64,000 bases of DNA. It comes from Eledone cirrhosa (lineage: Eukaryota). The position numbers and the translations under genes were made by a program. This document shows positions 1-13,256 of the stretch, one piece after another. The stretch spans positions 376,340,001 to 376,404,000 of the forward strand of contig OZ024740.1 in NCBI GenBank assembly GCA_964016885.1. Reading direction: 5' to 3'. Under the pieces are notes generated by a model that saw only the letters and a list, made by a program, of their open reading frames with translations, did not search any database and had not been told where the DNA came from. Each line of letters begins with the position of its first letter. Within the stretch, counting starts at the first letter, position 1.

Positions 1-126
1 GGGATGCGGTTAAAAGAGGTAGTGAGGTTAAAGATAACTTTAGGTAAAGTGAGCTGCAAGAGGGAAATAAAATTATGAAATTCTTTGTAGTAAATATTTA
101 AGTACAGGTAAACTAAATTTAAAAAA

Positions 127-600
127 TTATAATAATTTGTAAAATATAAGAGTGATGTATAAATTAATTAAGTTTATAGTATTTGAAGGTTTTTCTAATT
201 CTATGATTGCATGATATAATAATTCCTGTCGCTTATTTAATAGGATATCATTAGATTTCATGATTTCAAATAGTTCTTGGGAGCATAACCTACACTCATA
301 TCTACTATTTTGATAACGAGTTGTCCTTTTGAGCACGCTCCAGATCAGGTTATAATCAATATCCTTCTTTCTATAATTATAAATTGCTTCAGCCAAGGAG
401 GTTGTATTAGCAAATGCGCCATTTTTAAAACTATGTTTGTGGGTATTAAATTTTACTTTAAATTGGTTAGACGTAGCTCCTATATAGGTTTGAGTGGAGT
501 CCTTAGTACTAACTATACATTTATAGACTATATTAATAATAAGACAATTTCCCTTTAATGGGCAAATTCTTTTGATTCTACAGTTACAGACATTCGTAAA
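127..600 (-). mobile_element. PLE GIY-YIG endonuclease fragment (related to the 26006-27355 family)
   Basis: The minus strand reads CNCR..CPLKGNCL.NNIVYKC...YIGATSN..K..FNTHKHSFKN...CRLCSQE...LLNKRQEL, closely matching the 26006-27355 ORF. Confidence 0.9.
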
Positions 601-661
601 TATTGCGTCAGGAGAGTTAATTGTGTTATCGATAGTGGTATTAGTGTTACTATTTTAATTA

Positions 662-941
662 ATGTTTTCGGTACGCCCGTCCGACAGACTCGCTCGATAT
701 GCAAATTAGGCTGCTCAGCCGTTAATATACATAAGTAAAGTATATACTTTCAAACATTCAATCGAATGACAGGAAGGTCTACGGAGCTGATGACAGCTAA
801 TAAGCTAGAAACTAGTTCATCGTTCCTTTTTCGGTGTTGAACAAAAGGGCAACGATGGTTGCCAAACACTGTACCGCTAAATTCGGGCTGTTTGTTTACA
901 AAGAAACCGAACATTATAATAAATGTTCGGTAAACCCATAC

Positions 942-1030
<89 letters not shown>

Positions 1031-1094
1031 CATCTATGTATGTATATACATACTACTGTATGTCTGTATACATATATGTATGTACGTATACATA

Positions 1095-1100
<6 letters not shown>
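662..1100. repeat. Unclassified interspersed repeat, second copy at 36268-36700
   Basis: TTAGGCTGCTCAGC.GTTAATAT.CATAAG...GTTCGGT.AA.CCATACGT is shared. The first ~45 nt (662-707) are inverted relative to 36293-36335. Confidence 0.7.
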
Positions 1101-1128
<28 letters not shown>

Positions 1129-1131
1129 TAG

Positions 1132-1326
1132 ATTTTGAATTTATGTTGGTTGTATACCAACACCTCGGTATGCAGGCTGGAGCACTCGACGAAGTGCGCA
1201 GGTTGGTTTGGTTACTCCGGAGTAGTGTAAAATAAAGTTTAACAAAGTCAAATGATTAAAATTTAGCTTCGTTTATTACTGCTATATATATTTCAGTGAC
1301 AGCCATCTTTGGCTGTGACCTCTTCA
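1132..1326 (-). mobile_element. PLE 3' end with truncated HHR (same family as 34873-35230)
   Basis: Near-identical to 34873-35066. It is cut at the ribozyme core, so the 5' strand of stem I is lost. Confidence 0.8.
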
Positions 1327-1430
1327 AGTCGCTGGCTGGACTAAAAAGTCACACTCGTTCAGCACATCGGTAGGGATTCTCCTACATGGGTATAAAGTAG
1401 TGGCCGTACTCGAAAACGAGTTGGCAGCCA

Positions 1431-1520
<90 letters not shown>

Positions 1521-1523
<3 letters not shown>

Positions 1524-2125
1524 TATATGTGCGTGGGGGGGGTGTCAATGTGTCTGTTGACACCTGGAATATAGCTTAAGAGAAATATGACAATAATGAT
1601 ATGATAGGCACCTAATATTTGAACTGGTTTATAGAATTCTTTTGGCCTTTTTGACTCTAAGTAGAGCTTTAAAGAATTAGCTTTTAAAGAATTTCCATTT
1701 TCTTTAAATCCATCAACCATGACCGACCCCCAACCATCTTATAGACACCTGAAATATAGACATTTTTAGCTTAAGAGAAACTTAAAAATAAGGAGTGGCA
1801 CCCCATTCTGAACTTGTTCATAGAATTCTTTCTGCCTTTCTCACTCTAAATATAAATTATAGCCTTAAAGAATTAGCTTTTAATGAATTTCCTTTCCTTT
1901 CAACCAATGACCTCCACCCATCCCACTCCTTACCCTCTCCTACCACCTGAAAAGATATAAATACCACAACATTTATTTTCGGAAAGCCAGATTCCTGATG
2001 ATTTCTAAAGAATGAAACAGTTCTAGTCCTGTAGTATCTCATCTATATTAAAACTGTTATACTCTGCTATGTATTGAGTACCTTACTTACTGTGGTTACC
2101 TCCGATTCACCCGGAATAACTTACC
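1521..2125 (+). mobile_element. PLE 3' UTR/pLTR with HHR and tail (family B)
   Basis: Flanked by (TA)n, with an internal ~190-bp duplication and an HHR at 1989-2039. Homologous to 2813-2932 and 44812-45350 (both minus). Confidence 0.75.
1989..2039 (+). ncRNA. Type I hammerhead ribozyme
   Basis: agattc CTGATGA tttctaaagaat GAAA cag..ctg TA gtatct; stems I, II and III can all form (one mismatch in stem I). Confidence 0.75.
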
Positions 2126-2143
2126 TATATATATATATATATA

Positions 2144-2521
2144 TTTGAAGAAAAAGAAGAAAAGAATGACTTCACTTGTAATGTTAAAAAATGTTTATGA
2201 TTTAATGTTATAATATAATTGTATCAACTTTTGGCACAAGGCCAGCAATTATTCCAGTGTATCACTGGTACATTATTTTATAGACCCCGTAAGGTTGAAA
2301 GGCGAAATTAACCTCGGCAGGATTTGAACTCAGACCATAAAGGGCCGTAACTATTTGCTGCAAAGCATGGCGTCCGACCTTCTACCGATACTGCCTATCC
2401 ACCTTAATATTATAATATTATATTATAACATAAAATAATAAACATTTGTTAACATTACAAATGAAGTCATTCTTTTCCTTTTTTCAAATTTACCTAACTC
2501 TATCATGGATCTCACACATTT

Positions 2522-2527
<6 letters not shown>
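2144..2527. mobile_element. Fold-back (inverted-arm) element in (TA)n, with a SINE at its centre
   Basis: 2144-2218 is the inverted complement of ~2415-2488. The right arm carries an extra ~38-nt tail. Confidence 0.65.
2218..2403 (-). mobile_element. tRNA-derived SINE (octopus-type)
   Basis: The minus strand has a B-box-like GAGTTCAAATCC and the core GCCTTTCA.CCTT.CGGGGTC.ATAAAATAA.GTACCAG. Other copies lie at 7814, 45021 and 52061. Confidence 0.8.
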
Positions 2528-2550
<23 letters not shown>

Positions 2551-2552
<2 letters not shown>

Positions 2553-2740
2553 ACGAAGGAAATGTGGTAAGGAACCAGGTGGACCATAACGCATCAAAGT
2601 ACTCAATACTTAGGGTAGTAGAGTGGGTAATAGGAACAAGTAAGACCCCGACGGCTGAGCTCAAGCCGTTTCGACGGCTAATTCAGTACATAATTAGCCG
2701 TCGAAACGGCTTGAGCTCAGCCGTTGGGGTCTTACTTGTT

Positions 2741-2742
<2 letters not shown>
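2551..2742. mobile_element. Short fold-back PLE derivative (family A)
   Basis: Inverted arms GGAACAAGTAAGACCCCGACGGC..AATT / AATT..GTTCC around an 8-nt spacer. The left arm has an ~80-nt tail; (TA)n on both sides. Confidence 0.85.
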
Positions 2743-2776
<34 letters not shown>

Positions 2777-2812
2777 GTAATTAACACATTATTCCCTATT
2801 TATATATATATA

Positions 2813-2932
2813 TAAATAAGTCTATTGCCCGTGCAATCAGGAGTAACTATAGTTATTAAGGTACTCAATACATAGCAGAGTATACATATTTAAAAAAGAA
2901 ATGGCTTCTACAGGACTAGAACTGTTTCATTC
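2813..2932 (-). mobile_element. PLE family B tail plus 3' half of HHR
   Basis: Reverse complement of ~2012-2125. Confidence 0.7.
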
Positions 2933-3041
2933 CTATATCTACATGAACATACACATATATATATATATAATATATGTATATATATATATATATATAGTGA
3001 CGAAACTTAAGTCAATTGCATGAACACATAATCCTTTATTT

Positions 3042-3097
3042 ACTTCTATATATATTTCGATGATAGCCATTGAGTGGCTATGACCTCATCAGGCAGT
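3042..3097 (-). ncRNA. Type I hammerhead ribozyme in a short PLE end (2996-3165)
   Basis: actgc CTGATGA ggtcatagcca-ctcaa-tggctatcatc GAAA tatata TA gaagt. Confidence 0.8.
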
Positions 3098-3261
3098 TAG
3101 TCAGTTCTTAGATATGCCAGCTATGTGTGTATAGTGTTGATGGTATCAGAGCCATGGGACATATCATTTTTTATATATATTTATATATATTTTTATATAT
3201 ATTTATATATATATATTTATATATTTATATATATATATATTTATATATATATATATTTATA

Positions 3262-3391
3262 TAGCGAAGCAAAAGTGGTAAGGAACCAGGTGGACCATAA
3301 CGCACCAAAGTACTCAATACTTAGGGTACAGAATTAGCGTACAGAATTAGCCGTCGAAACGGCTTGAGCTCAGCCGTCGGGGTCTTACTTA
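3262..3391. mobile_element. Deleted fold-back derivative of family A
   Basis: Inverted tail followed by CAGAATTAGCCGTCGAAACGGCTTGAGCTCAGCCGTCGGGGTC. Confidence 0.75.
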
Positions 3392-3441
3392 CATATATTT
3401 ATATATATATATTTATATATATATATTTATATATATATATT

Positions 3442-3473
<32 letters not shown>

Positions 3474-3520
3474 TATATATATATTTATATATATATATAT
3501 TTATATATATATTTATATAT

Positions 3521-4090
3521 ACAGTATTTTCCGTTGTGTTAGCTTGGACGCTCAGGGATAGCGACCAAAAGTTTACCCTAAAATGGGAAAAAATAGCTAA
3601 AACCCAAAGCTTTTCCAGGAGCCAAAATTTCTGCAAATTATGTAATCTTGAGATTTATTACATAATCACACACAAGAAGAAACTGCTGAATAACAGAATT
3701 GAACGAACATTATTCTGCCGTCACAGAACTAAAACCCTTTTTTCCCACTACAAGCCGAATATTACATAAAAGAGGGACATCCCCCAACTATATAAACCTT
3801 AATCTAGTTAGAAAAATATAAAAACAATCTCTTCTCAACATATATTAATAACCTTAAATTACCATACTAATAATGAAAAGATATGCTGATGAGAATAGGT
3901 ACAAATATGCGATAATGAATGTGTCTAAAAACGTCCATAAGTATGTATATATATGTGAAAATGTATATAAATAAGTAAATATATATATATGTTTGATGTG
4001 TATAGTTAGATGTAAGTGTATTCATGTATTAAAGTGCTTATATATATATATGTATGTATATATGTGTATATGTATGTGTATGTATATATG

Positions 4091-4149
<59 letters not shown>

Positions 4150-5389
4150 GTATATGTATATATATATGTATGTATATATGTGTATATGGATGTGTAAGTA
4201 TGTGTATGTGTGTACACATGGACTAGAGTATGTATGTATATATGAGTGTGTCTATACGTGTGTATATAAAGATAAGTTGAGTATGAAAATGTATACACAT
4301 GAGCGCGTATGTATGTACATGAATACATGTGTGTATATATATGTGTATGCATGTGTATATATATGTAAGTATGAATATGTGAATTGTGAGTATATGTATT
4401 TTGTAGAGGAGTGCAAATATATTTGTGTGTGAATGCGTGGGTGAAAGGATACGTACACTTGAAAGAAAAATTTAAGTCTGAATGTTAATTAAGTGAAAAA
4501 CACAAAACCAACCACGCATATCTTTACTATCTCTAATCCTTCTATAGATTTAGAAAAATAACCAATAATATATTCTATAAAAAATGACAAAACAACAGAT
4601 GAGAATCTAATTACTCACTGCCACCAAGAATTCTCACTGCTATCGAATTCTCACTGCTAACTCCCCTTAGCCACACACACACTTCCGGCCGGTATTCAAT
4701 GGCATTTCTCGAAACGTAACAGCCTCCTGTATTTGAACTAAAGAACACCAGACTACGATCTCTAACTGGATTGCCGTAGATTATGTGAAGGGCATATAAT
4801 CGATAAATACACTCCCCTGACCATGAAAATGCCGAAGTACATGAAATACTTGACTTCCCTGCGCTGTGCATCTCCAATACTTTTAACACTTTTAATGCTT
4901 GCACTATTTTTAATGCTTATAATCTTTCTCCACACACAGACTATATCAATCATATAAAGAATTTGCCACCAGATCTACCAACCTAACACTCTTGTTTACC
5001 TACCTAAGTGCCTCTACCACACATATCTCTCTGCCACACTATATAAACAAGACGCACATGCGTGCCACACATATAACATTTGCACAATATAACCGTTTAT
5101 CTTCATGTTGTATTTTAACCTGTATTTTGATTTTTGATTGTACCTCTTAATATAAATGTAATCTCGAAGTGTGTACTGCCACTCTAAATTCTGTAATGAA
5201 TGTTGACCCACAATGTTTGAATATGTATCAATGTTTGAATACGTATCGGTATGTCTCTCGGCTGAAAAGGAGGTCATATAACTGTCCATGCATTAATAAA
5301 TTGCTCCGAAGAATCCAAGACTCGGTTTGGAGGAAACAGCTGTAAGCACAATAATGTTTTGAACAGTTCTTTGATTTTTATATCTCATA
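3521..5389 (+). mobile_element. 5'-truncated PLE (family C): GIY-YIG C-terminus, long 3' UTR, HHR
   Basis: ORF 3536-3769 reads LKWEKI...CKLCNLE...LLNNRIE...CRH. HHR-like motif at 5302-5348. Ends at tca|TA in (TA)n. Confidence 0.8.
5302..5348 (+). ncRNA. Hammerhead-like motif with CCGAAGA core
   Basis: tgct CCGAAGA atccaagac-tcg-gtttggag GAAA cagctg TA agca; palindromic stem III. Confidence 0.65.
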
Positions 5390-5702
5390 TATTTATATAT
5401 ATATATTTATATACATATATTTATATATATATATTTATATATATATTTATATATATATTTATATATATATATTTATATATATATATTTATATATATATAT
5501 TTATATATATATATTTATATATATATATTTATATATATATATTTATATATATATTTATATATATATATTTATATATATATATATTTATATATATATTTAT
5601 ATATATATTTATATATATATTTATATATATACTTATATATATATATTTATATATATATTTATATATATATATTTATATATATATTTATATATATATTTAT
5701 AT

Positions 5703-6690
5703 TTACTCTTGATTGGCCAGAGGTGTTTATTTCCAGGTACCTTATGAATTTGACTTTCCGTATTTGTTACTGTTGTGAAATGTTGTGGCTTTTTTTGGTT
5801 GTAACTTCTATGTTTTTTAGCCTAAGAAAATATATATATGCCTACGTATATAATTGCACGCATACATTTATTTTCTTTTATTAATTGAGTTCTTTACACG
5901 AGGAATTAATATTGTTTTGAAATAACTAATTAACCCGCGTGTGTTTTATATTTTACTCTTAATTCGGCCGGAAATTTACATTCCCATTAGCCCTTTAAAG
6001 CATAACTTTCTGCATTTACTGCGGTTATGAGTGCGGTTCTTATTCGGGTACAACTTCTGATTTAGCCTAAGAATATATCTATATGCGTGTGTAATTTATA
6101 CAAGCATATATTTATTTTTTATTTTCAATTGAGTTCTTAACACGTTGGATTGGTAATGTTTTCAAAAAAACTAATTAACCCGCGAGTATATTATTTTTTT
6201 CCTCATTTCGTGGATCGTGGGTTGTCTCCCCTTCCCGCTTCGTGTCGCTATGATATTTCCTCAGTCAAAAACTGCTGGAATTTCAAATTTGGTGGTCATT
6301 CGAGGCTAGAGGGAGCTACTTTACAGACACGATTTTTGACAGCGGTAAGAAATTATTTTCTTATATCAAAGTTTATCGGGCTTCCACTGATGATTTATAA
6401 GTCCCCACCTAAATATATTCTTACATGAATATATATTAGGCTTCTACATAAACTGGAAATATTCTCCCAACTTGTAGAAAACTTATAATGAAACAATTGT
6501 TTGGAAAGAGAGATATACTTTAACTTTAATTATATCTCATAAAATAATACAACTGGTTTTTCCACATTATACATATTGTTAGCACCCCAAACACTTAAAT
6601 TGGGTTTATATTTAAATATAACCTAATGTTTGTTGAGTGAGATGGTTACCAGTCGAGTTTAGCTTTAAACTATCTCTGTTATTGTATTAA
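5703..6690. repeat. Unclassified repeat with a diverged internal ~150-bp duplication
   Basis: TTAGCCTAAGAA..ATTGAGTTCTT.ACACG..ACTAATTAACCCGCG occurs at ~5815-5940 and ~6060-6185. Confidence 0.4.
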
Positions 6691-6939
6691 ATATATTTAT
6701 ATATATATATTTATATATATTTATACATATATGAATATATATATTTATACATATATTTATATATATATATTTATATATATATTTATATAAGGATTAAAAT
6801 ACTGGAGCGTGTTGGAGTTAAACACCCTCTTCGTATTATAGAAATGACAGTAAAAGGTATAGCTCAATGTAATTAAACAGAGCCGAAGAATTATGAAAAT
6901 AAAGCAAAGAAGCTTTCAATACATCAAAAGTCTTTATTA

Positions 6940-6977
6940 GCCAACAATGTTTCGTCCTATTAAGGACTCATCAGGGC
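6940..6977 (-). ncRNA. Minimal type I hammerhead ribozyme
   Basis: gcc CTGATGA gtcc-ttaata-ggac GAAA cattg TT ggc, followed by AATAAA. Confidence 0.85.
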
Positions 6978-7813
6978 AATCAAAACCTCAAGAAGCACTA
7001 TCGGCCAATACAAGCCGAAAACTCCGAAGAATATGAAGTGTACATACACTAAAGTATTAGAAGATTAGGGGTAAAAATATATAATAAAAATCACTAAGGA
7101 GGTGGATAACATTTTGAACCATATTACAAATATAGTCCAAAGCAAAAAAAAACTAGAGCTAAACAAAGGTGGTTATATAGAGCGGGAATTATAGTACAAT
7201 ATGTAGTACAATATAATATAATATAATATAATATACTTATAACAATATTAAAATTAAAATTAAAATTAAAAGGCACAATATACATATGTATATATATACG
7301 CACACGTACGCACATATACATATACATCAATACACATTTCCATCATTAACAGCACAAATTAAACCTTATTAAGAGTTTAAATATATATAAGCATAATTAG
7401 GAATAAAAATAAAAATAATACGTATATCCAATATACAGTATAACATGAAGTAATGAAATGATTAAAAGTAACACATATAATATATAATAATATAATATAT
7501 ATTATAATCAAATAGATAATCTCCGGTTAATTTACACAAACAATACAGATGTCACAATAACACTATAATAATAATATAATAATATATAATATATAATGGC
7601 ATGTAAGTTAACAAATCAATTCATATAGAGTTACAGAGTAGGTGAGAAAAAAAAAATTGTACAATACCCAAAATTATGATGGTACACAAATATAAACATC
7701 TTACATGATATATAAAATATAACATATCATAATGGTACTTAAAATCATCGGTAAGTAATAAGGATCAATAGTACATTTACAAAGAGTTGAATAACAACTT
7801 CAATATAAAATAA

Positions 7814-7908
7814 TTGTTTCTACGTTAGGCACAAGGCCAGCAATTACCCAGTGTATTACTGGTACTTTATTTTATCGACCCCGTAAGGATGAAAGGCAAA
7901 GTTAACTT
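7814..7908 (-). mobile_element. SINE 3' fragment inside the PLE 3' UTR
   Basis: GGCACAAGGCCAGCAATT...TATCGACCCCGTAAGGATGAAAGGCAAAG matches 45021-45203. Confidence 0.8.
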
Positions 7909-10305
7909 CAATATAAAATAATGAACATAATATGATATATAATTACTTATAATTACAAGGTTGGTAAACAGACACATATGTGAATGAGTGATTAAGGGCC
8001 AGACAGAAAATACTATGCACAGTAGTATTAATATATAAATAAATAAAATCGACAGGAAATCAAAAAACAAAAACAAAAGTATTTACTTAGGTCTCACATA
8101 CAGTTAAGTAAAAACTTAGGAAACAACCCGGATAAATGACTAGAAAACCCTATTTGATAAATTAATATTGAAAATATTTAAAATACCTAATAAGGCAATA
8201 CAATATTAGCTATGGTTTAAGTAATCAAAATCCCTAAACATTAATATTTCACTATAAATATATATATAAAGGAATGAAATATTCTACTATCATTTACATA
8301 AGGATATCTAAAAAACTGACTTAAGCAGAATTATGGTAGGCTAAAAGGGACAGAAAAAAAGAAATGTATGTAGGATACAAAGGAGCATAAAATCATAATC
8401 AATATACTGTATTATATAATAGAAAGGAGCATAAAAAAAGGGGGGATTAATTATAATCATAATATATTTGAAGGGGTTAGCAATTAGTGTATGTGTGTAT
8501 GGGGGAGGGAGGAGGGGTTGTTATCCAAAGAAGAATCCAAATAAAATAAAATAAAATGAAATAAAATAATATAAAATATATAATCAGATATACTCATAAG
8601 GTGTTAATAGTGAAAATTTAATGTGTAAGAAGATAGATATGATATAGTAGCCAAAAGATTATGCGAGCTAGAATAAAAAGTTGTCGAAAACCAATGATAA
8701 TAATGATGATAATAATGGTGGTAAACAAAAAGAATCTAAACTAAAAAAAATAAGTAATGGAATATATCAGCTAATGGATACAATTTACACTACTAGAACC
8801 TTTAGGTTTATAATAAAAGTAAGAATTAGAAATAGCGTGGGGGCAAGAAGAAAATATCTCAGACTTTCAATTAAGTAAGGATTCACTAGAGAAAATTATA
8901 GAGTGTGTCTCGAGGATACAGAGATTACAAAATTTAGTATGTGTAGAAAGGTTATTAGAGCGTGCTACTAAACGCCAATTAAGGCTATATGGTATATTAG
9001 CCCCCTTAAGATCCCAGATATAGTGTACTAAAGAAGTAGAATTCTTAAACTTAACATGTTTGAAATTAGAGATATGAGAATTAAACCTAGACTTAAAAGT
9101 GTTAGATGTAGAGCCTATATAAGTTCTATTAGAGGAATTAGTTATAACTACGCAAGCATAAACGATGTTCTTAGAGAGGCAGTTACCGTTTAAAGGGCAG
9201 TATGCACTGACTCTACAGTTACACTTCCGGGTGCTACTGATTGGCTGAAGTAGTGATGCATTACACGTAGGATTACTATTAGATAAGGTCTGCTCTGGTG
9301 GTAAGGCATTTGCAGATCTGTTCAGACTAGTAGTATGTAGAGAGGAGTATCCATCCCTAATTTTCCTATTGTTAGTGCTAGCTAAATGAGAACTAATATT
9401 AGGGGTGGTAGAGAATGAAAGTTTAATAACATTTTTATTAAAAATACTATGGTATTTATGAGAAGGGGGGGAAATTTTACTCTAAGTTAGAAAAGAAAGA
9501 CCTAGGGATATTAGTTAATACTTCCTGATTATATGGCGGGTTAAAATAAGTATTTAGTCTCCTTCTATTTTATCCTTTCCGACTCTACCAGTATCCGATA
9601 TCCCATTATTAAGACTAGGGTTACTACAAGGATTAGTTAAAACCGCATTATTAGAATCAGCCGAAATTCCATTAAGTCTCTCTCTGCTTCTACCTCTATG
9701 AGATCTGCTGCTGTCTGGAATCCTATCAAAAGGGTTAGGGCCAATAATAGGATCAGTAGAAACAACGTTATTAGAATTAGATCTAGCAAAAGCATTACCA
9801 ATGATGTATATATATATATATATTTATATATATATTTATATATATATTTATATATATATTTATACATATATTTATATATATATTTATATATATATTTATA
9901 TATATATTTATACATATATTTATACATGTACGTCAATACACATCTTTTTCCATTTATCTGAGGGTTCTAAACCCCGTTATCAAGCTAAAATTCCTTTAGT
10001 TAAAAATACGGTGAAAGCTATATATTTTTTAATTTCAAAATCGCTCACTGTTTCAAAACATACTTACTTGATATTTATATATATATATTTATATATATAT
10101 ATATTTATATATATATATTTATATATATATATTTATATATATATATTTATATATATATATTTATATATTAGAAAGTGAGTTTTTTTTTACAAAATGAAAA
10201 ATAACCGAGGTGTCCTACACGAGTGGAAGTATAAAGAAAAAGAGATGAAATCGAAAATGCAACTGAAGTCTTATTTTTTAAAAAAATATATATATTTATT
10301 TGGTT

Positions 10306-10343
10306 CCTTTACCGGTTTCGCAGTTCTTCTGCTTTTCAAAAGG
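10306..10343 (-). ncRNA. Hammerhead ribozyme, U3-A8 core variant
   Basis: cctt TTGAAAA gcag-aagaa-ctgc GAAA ccgg TA aagg. Confidence 0.75.
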
Positions 10344-11666
10344 TGAGTTGAGATGGAGGGTCTGTGGTTTTTCTCACATCTGGTTGGTCTCTAAATGTTA
10401 CTTGTTTTATATGGAAAAAGTGGCTCGAAAGCCAGGTTTTTCGAGAAGTAATTTGATTGGTTTGTCAATAATTATAATAAATTTCGCGCCAGTTCGCGTT
10501 ACAATAGTTCTTCACAGGTTGTTTTTTCATATATGAGTGTTTGAATTTCTTTTTACTTGGAAAAAGGAGGCTCACGAAGGCTTTTTTTTGGTTGGTTATA
10601 AACGAAATTTGGCTGTCACGTGAACAAGTTTTCATTACATTTTTGCGCCCTTATTTGGAAAACTATTCTGTAGTCTTTATAGTGAATGTTATGATAATGG
10701 AGAGATAGTGGTCAAGGGAAAAGGGATTGGGAGAAATGTTCTGGTTCAGTGAATATGGCCAGCTGTCAGAGTTCAGGTGTCAGAGTTCAGATTTTCTATT
10801 GAGACTGAAGATATGTGTTTATTTGTGTGCTTGTGTGTGTGTATATATGTGTGTGTGTGTGTGTATGTGTGTATTGGAAGATGATTCTATTAGTAGAGAT
10901 GGGGGAGGGAGTTGTGTGTGTGTGTATATGGGTGTTATGTGTGTGTGTGCGAGTATGTTAAGATGGAGAGAATATATATTTTGTGTGTGTGTATATATAT
11001 ATGTGTGTAGGAAAGTGGTTCTATTAGTAGAAATGGGGAGGGAGTTGTAGGTGTGGGGGTTGTTATGTGTGTGTATGGGTGTTGTGTGTGGGAGTATGGT
11101 TAGCATGTTAAGATGAAGAGAATATATATATATATATATATTGTGTGTGTATGTGTGTGTGTAGGAAAGTGATTCCTTTAGTAGGAAGATGATTCTATTA
11201 GTAGAGATGGGGGAGGGAGTTGTGTGTGAGTGTGTGTATGGGTGTTATGTGTGTGTGTGCGAGTATGTTAAGATGGAGAGAATATATATTTTGTGTGTGT
11301 GTATATATATGTGTGTGTAGGAAAGTGGTTCTATTAGTAGAAATGGGGAGGGAGTTGTAGGTGTGGGGGTTGTTATGTGTGTGTATGGGTGTTATGTGTG
11401 TGGGAGTATGGTTAGCATGTTAAGATGAAGAGAATATATATATATATATATATTGTGTGTGTGTGTATATGTGTGTGTGTAGGAAAGTGATTCCTTTAGT
11501 AGAAATATTTTTGAATGAACATATTTTCCTTACTTTTTCGAGTTTGCTGTTGTATTGCCAGTGCAAACGTATGTTAAGGTTTATTTAGTTCGGGTTTTTA
11601 TTTTCTAAAGTAGAAGGTGTTATGTGTGTGTGTGTATGTCATATTGTGGTGTTGACATAATGTATA

Positions 11667-12182
11667 TTAAACCTTATTTAATGTTGGTCTATATTTTTGA
11701 ATAAACATATTTTCCTTATTTATTCCAATTTGTTCTGTTGTATTGTTAGAGCAAAGGTAAAATGGGAAGACTTGGATTTTGGGTGTCTTATTACTTGCGC
11801 AAATGTCTAGATGTGCACTTAGTGGTACCTGTCTCGTGGTTGGATCTCGTAATTGTTGGCGATGAACTGTCATTCTGTTTCTGAGTGTGAGTTTAGTTTG
11901 TCCTATATAATCTTCATTGCATCCTTTACATTTAATGGCATAAACTAGATTTTTTGATGAGCAAGTGAAGTGATTTTTTACAGTAAAATTTTGTCCTGAT
12001 TTAAATGTATACGTGTTGCCTTCAATGAGGTGAGTGCAGGTTCCACAATTAGAGCGACCACATTTTTTGATACTTGGTTGTGGGTTTGTGGTAGGTAATT
12101 TGGCATTGGTGAGTAACGTTTTCAGTGATTTTGGTTGTCTTTTGCTTTTGATTATTTTGTGTGTTTCAAGGGCTTTTTTCAT
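11667..12182 (-). CDS. PLE GIY-YIG endonuclease, C-terminal open frame of a truncated element
   Basis: CGRSNCGTC...FTCSSKNLVYAIKCKGCNEDYIGQT...RMTVHRQQ...HL...KENMFIQKYRPTLN. Confidence 0.85.
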   Translation of the reverse strand: MKKALETHKIIKSKRQPKSLKTLLTNAKLPTTNPQPSIKKCGRSNCGTCTHLIEGNTYTFKSGQNFTVKNHFTCSSKNLVYAIKCKGCNEDYIGQTKLTLRNRMTVHRQQLRDPTTRQVPLSAHLDICASNKTPKIQVFPFYLCSNNTTEQIGINKENMFIQKYRPTLNKV

Positions 12183-12362
12183 TCTTGGGTTTTGTTTTCG
12201 TAGTGGGATGTTATTGGCGCAAAATTTATTATAATTATTGACAAACCAATCAAATTACTTCTCGAAAAACCTGGCTTTCGAGCCACTTTTTCCATATAAA
12301 ACAAGTAACATTTAGAGACCAACCAGATGTGAGAAAAACCACAGACCCTCCATCTCAACTCA

Positions 12363-12400
12363 CCTTTTGAAAAGCAGAAGAACTGCGAAACCGGTTAAGG
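12363..12400 (+). ncRNA. Hammerhead ribozyme, U3-A8 core variant (inverted-arm copy)
   Basis: cctt TTGAAAA gcag-aagaa-ctgc GAAA ccgg TT aagg. Confidence 0.75.
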
Positions 12401-12562
12401 AACCAAATAAATATATATATTTTTTTTTTAAATAAGACTTCAGTTGCATTTTCGATTTCATCTCTTTTTCTTTATATTTATATATATATATTTATATATA
12501 CATATTTATATATATATATTTATATATATATATTTATATATATATATTTATATATATATATT

Positions 12563-12596
<34 letters not shown>

Positions 12597-12682
12597 TATA
12601 TATATATATATTTATATATATATATTTATATATATATATTTATATATATATATTTATATATATATATTTATATATATATATT

Positions 12683-12720
<38 letters not shown>

Positions 12721-12722
12721 TA

Positions 12723-12755
<33 letters not shown>

Positions 12756-12868
12756 ATATATTTATATATATATTTATATATATATATTTATATATATATA
12801 TATATATTTATATTTATAAATATATATTTATATATATATATTTATATATATATTTATATATATATATT

Positions 12869-12901
<33 letters not shown>

Positions 12902-12942
12902 ATATATTTATATATTTATATATATATTTATATATGTATATA

Positions 12943-13016
<74 letters not shown>

Positions 13017-13045
13017 TATATATATTTATATATATATATATATTA

Positions 13046-13105
<60 letters not shown>

Positions 13106-13106
13106 T

Positions 13107-13251
<145 letters not shown>

Positions 13252-13256
13252 ATATA

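Larger units (their letters stand above)
6790..9802 (-). mobile_element. 5'-truncated PLE (family D): linker + GIY-YIG, ~2-kb 3' UTR, HHR, tail
   Basis: The minus strand at ~9560-8830 reads YFNPPYN...HKYHSIFNKNVIKLSFSTTPN...CNCRVSAYCPLNGNCLSKNIVYAC...YIGSTSNTFKSRFNSH. HHR at 6940-6977. Confidence 0.85.
10169..12475 (-). mobile_element. Truncated PLE (Neptune-like Cys-rich linker) with inverted pLTR arms
   Basis: Arms 10230-10491 / 12215-12475; tail 10169-10229; a ~305-bp tandem duplication in the UTR (10877/11183). Confidence 0.9.

Noticed and set aside
3886-3930. CTGATGAG as a hammerhead
   Set aside because: No stem II or GAAA box downstream.
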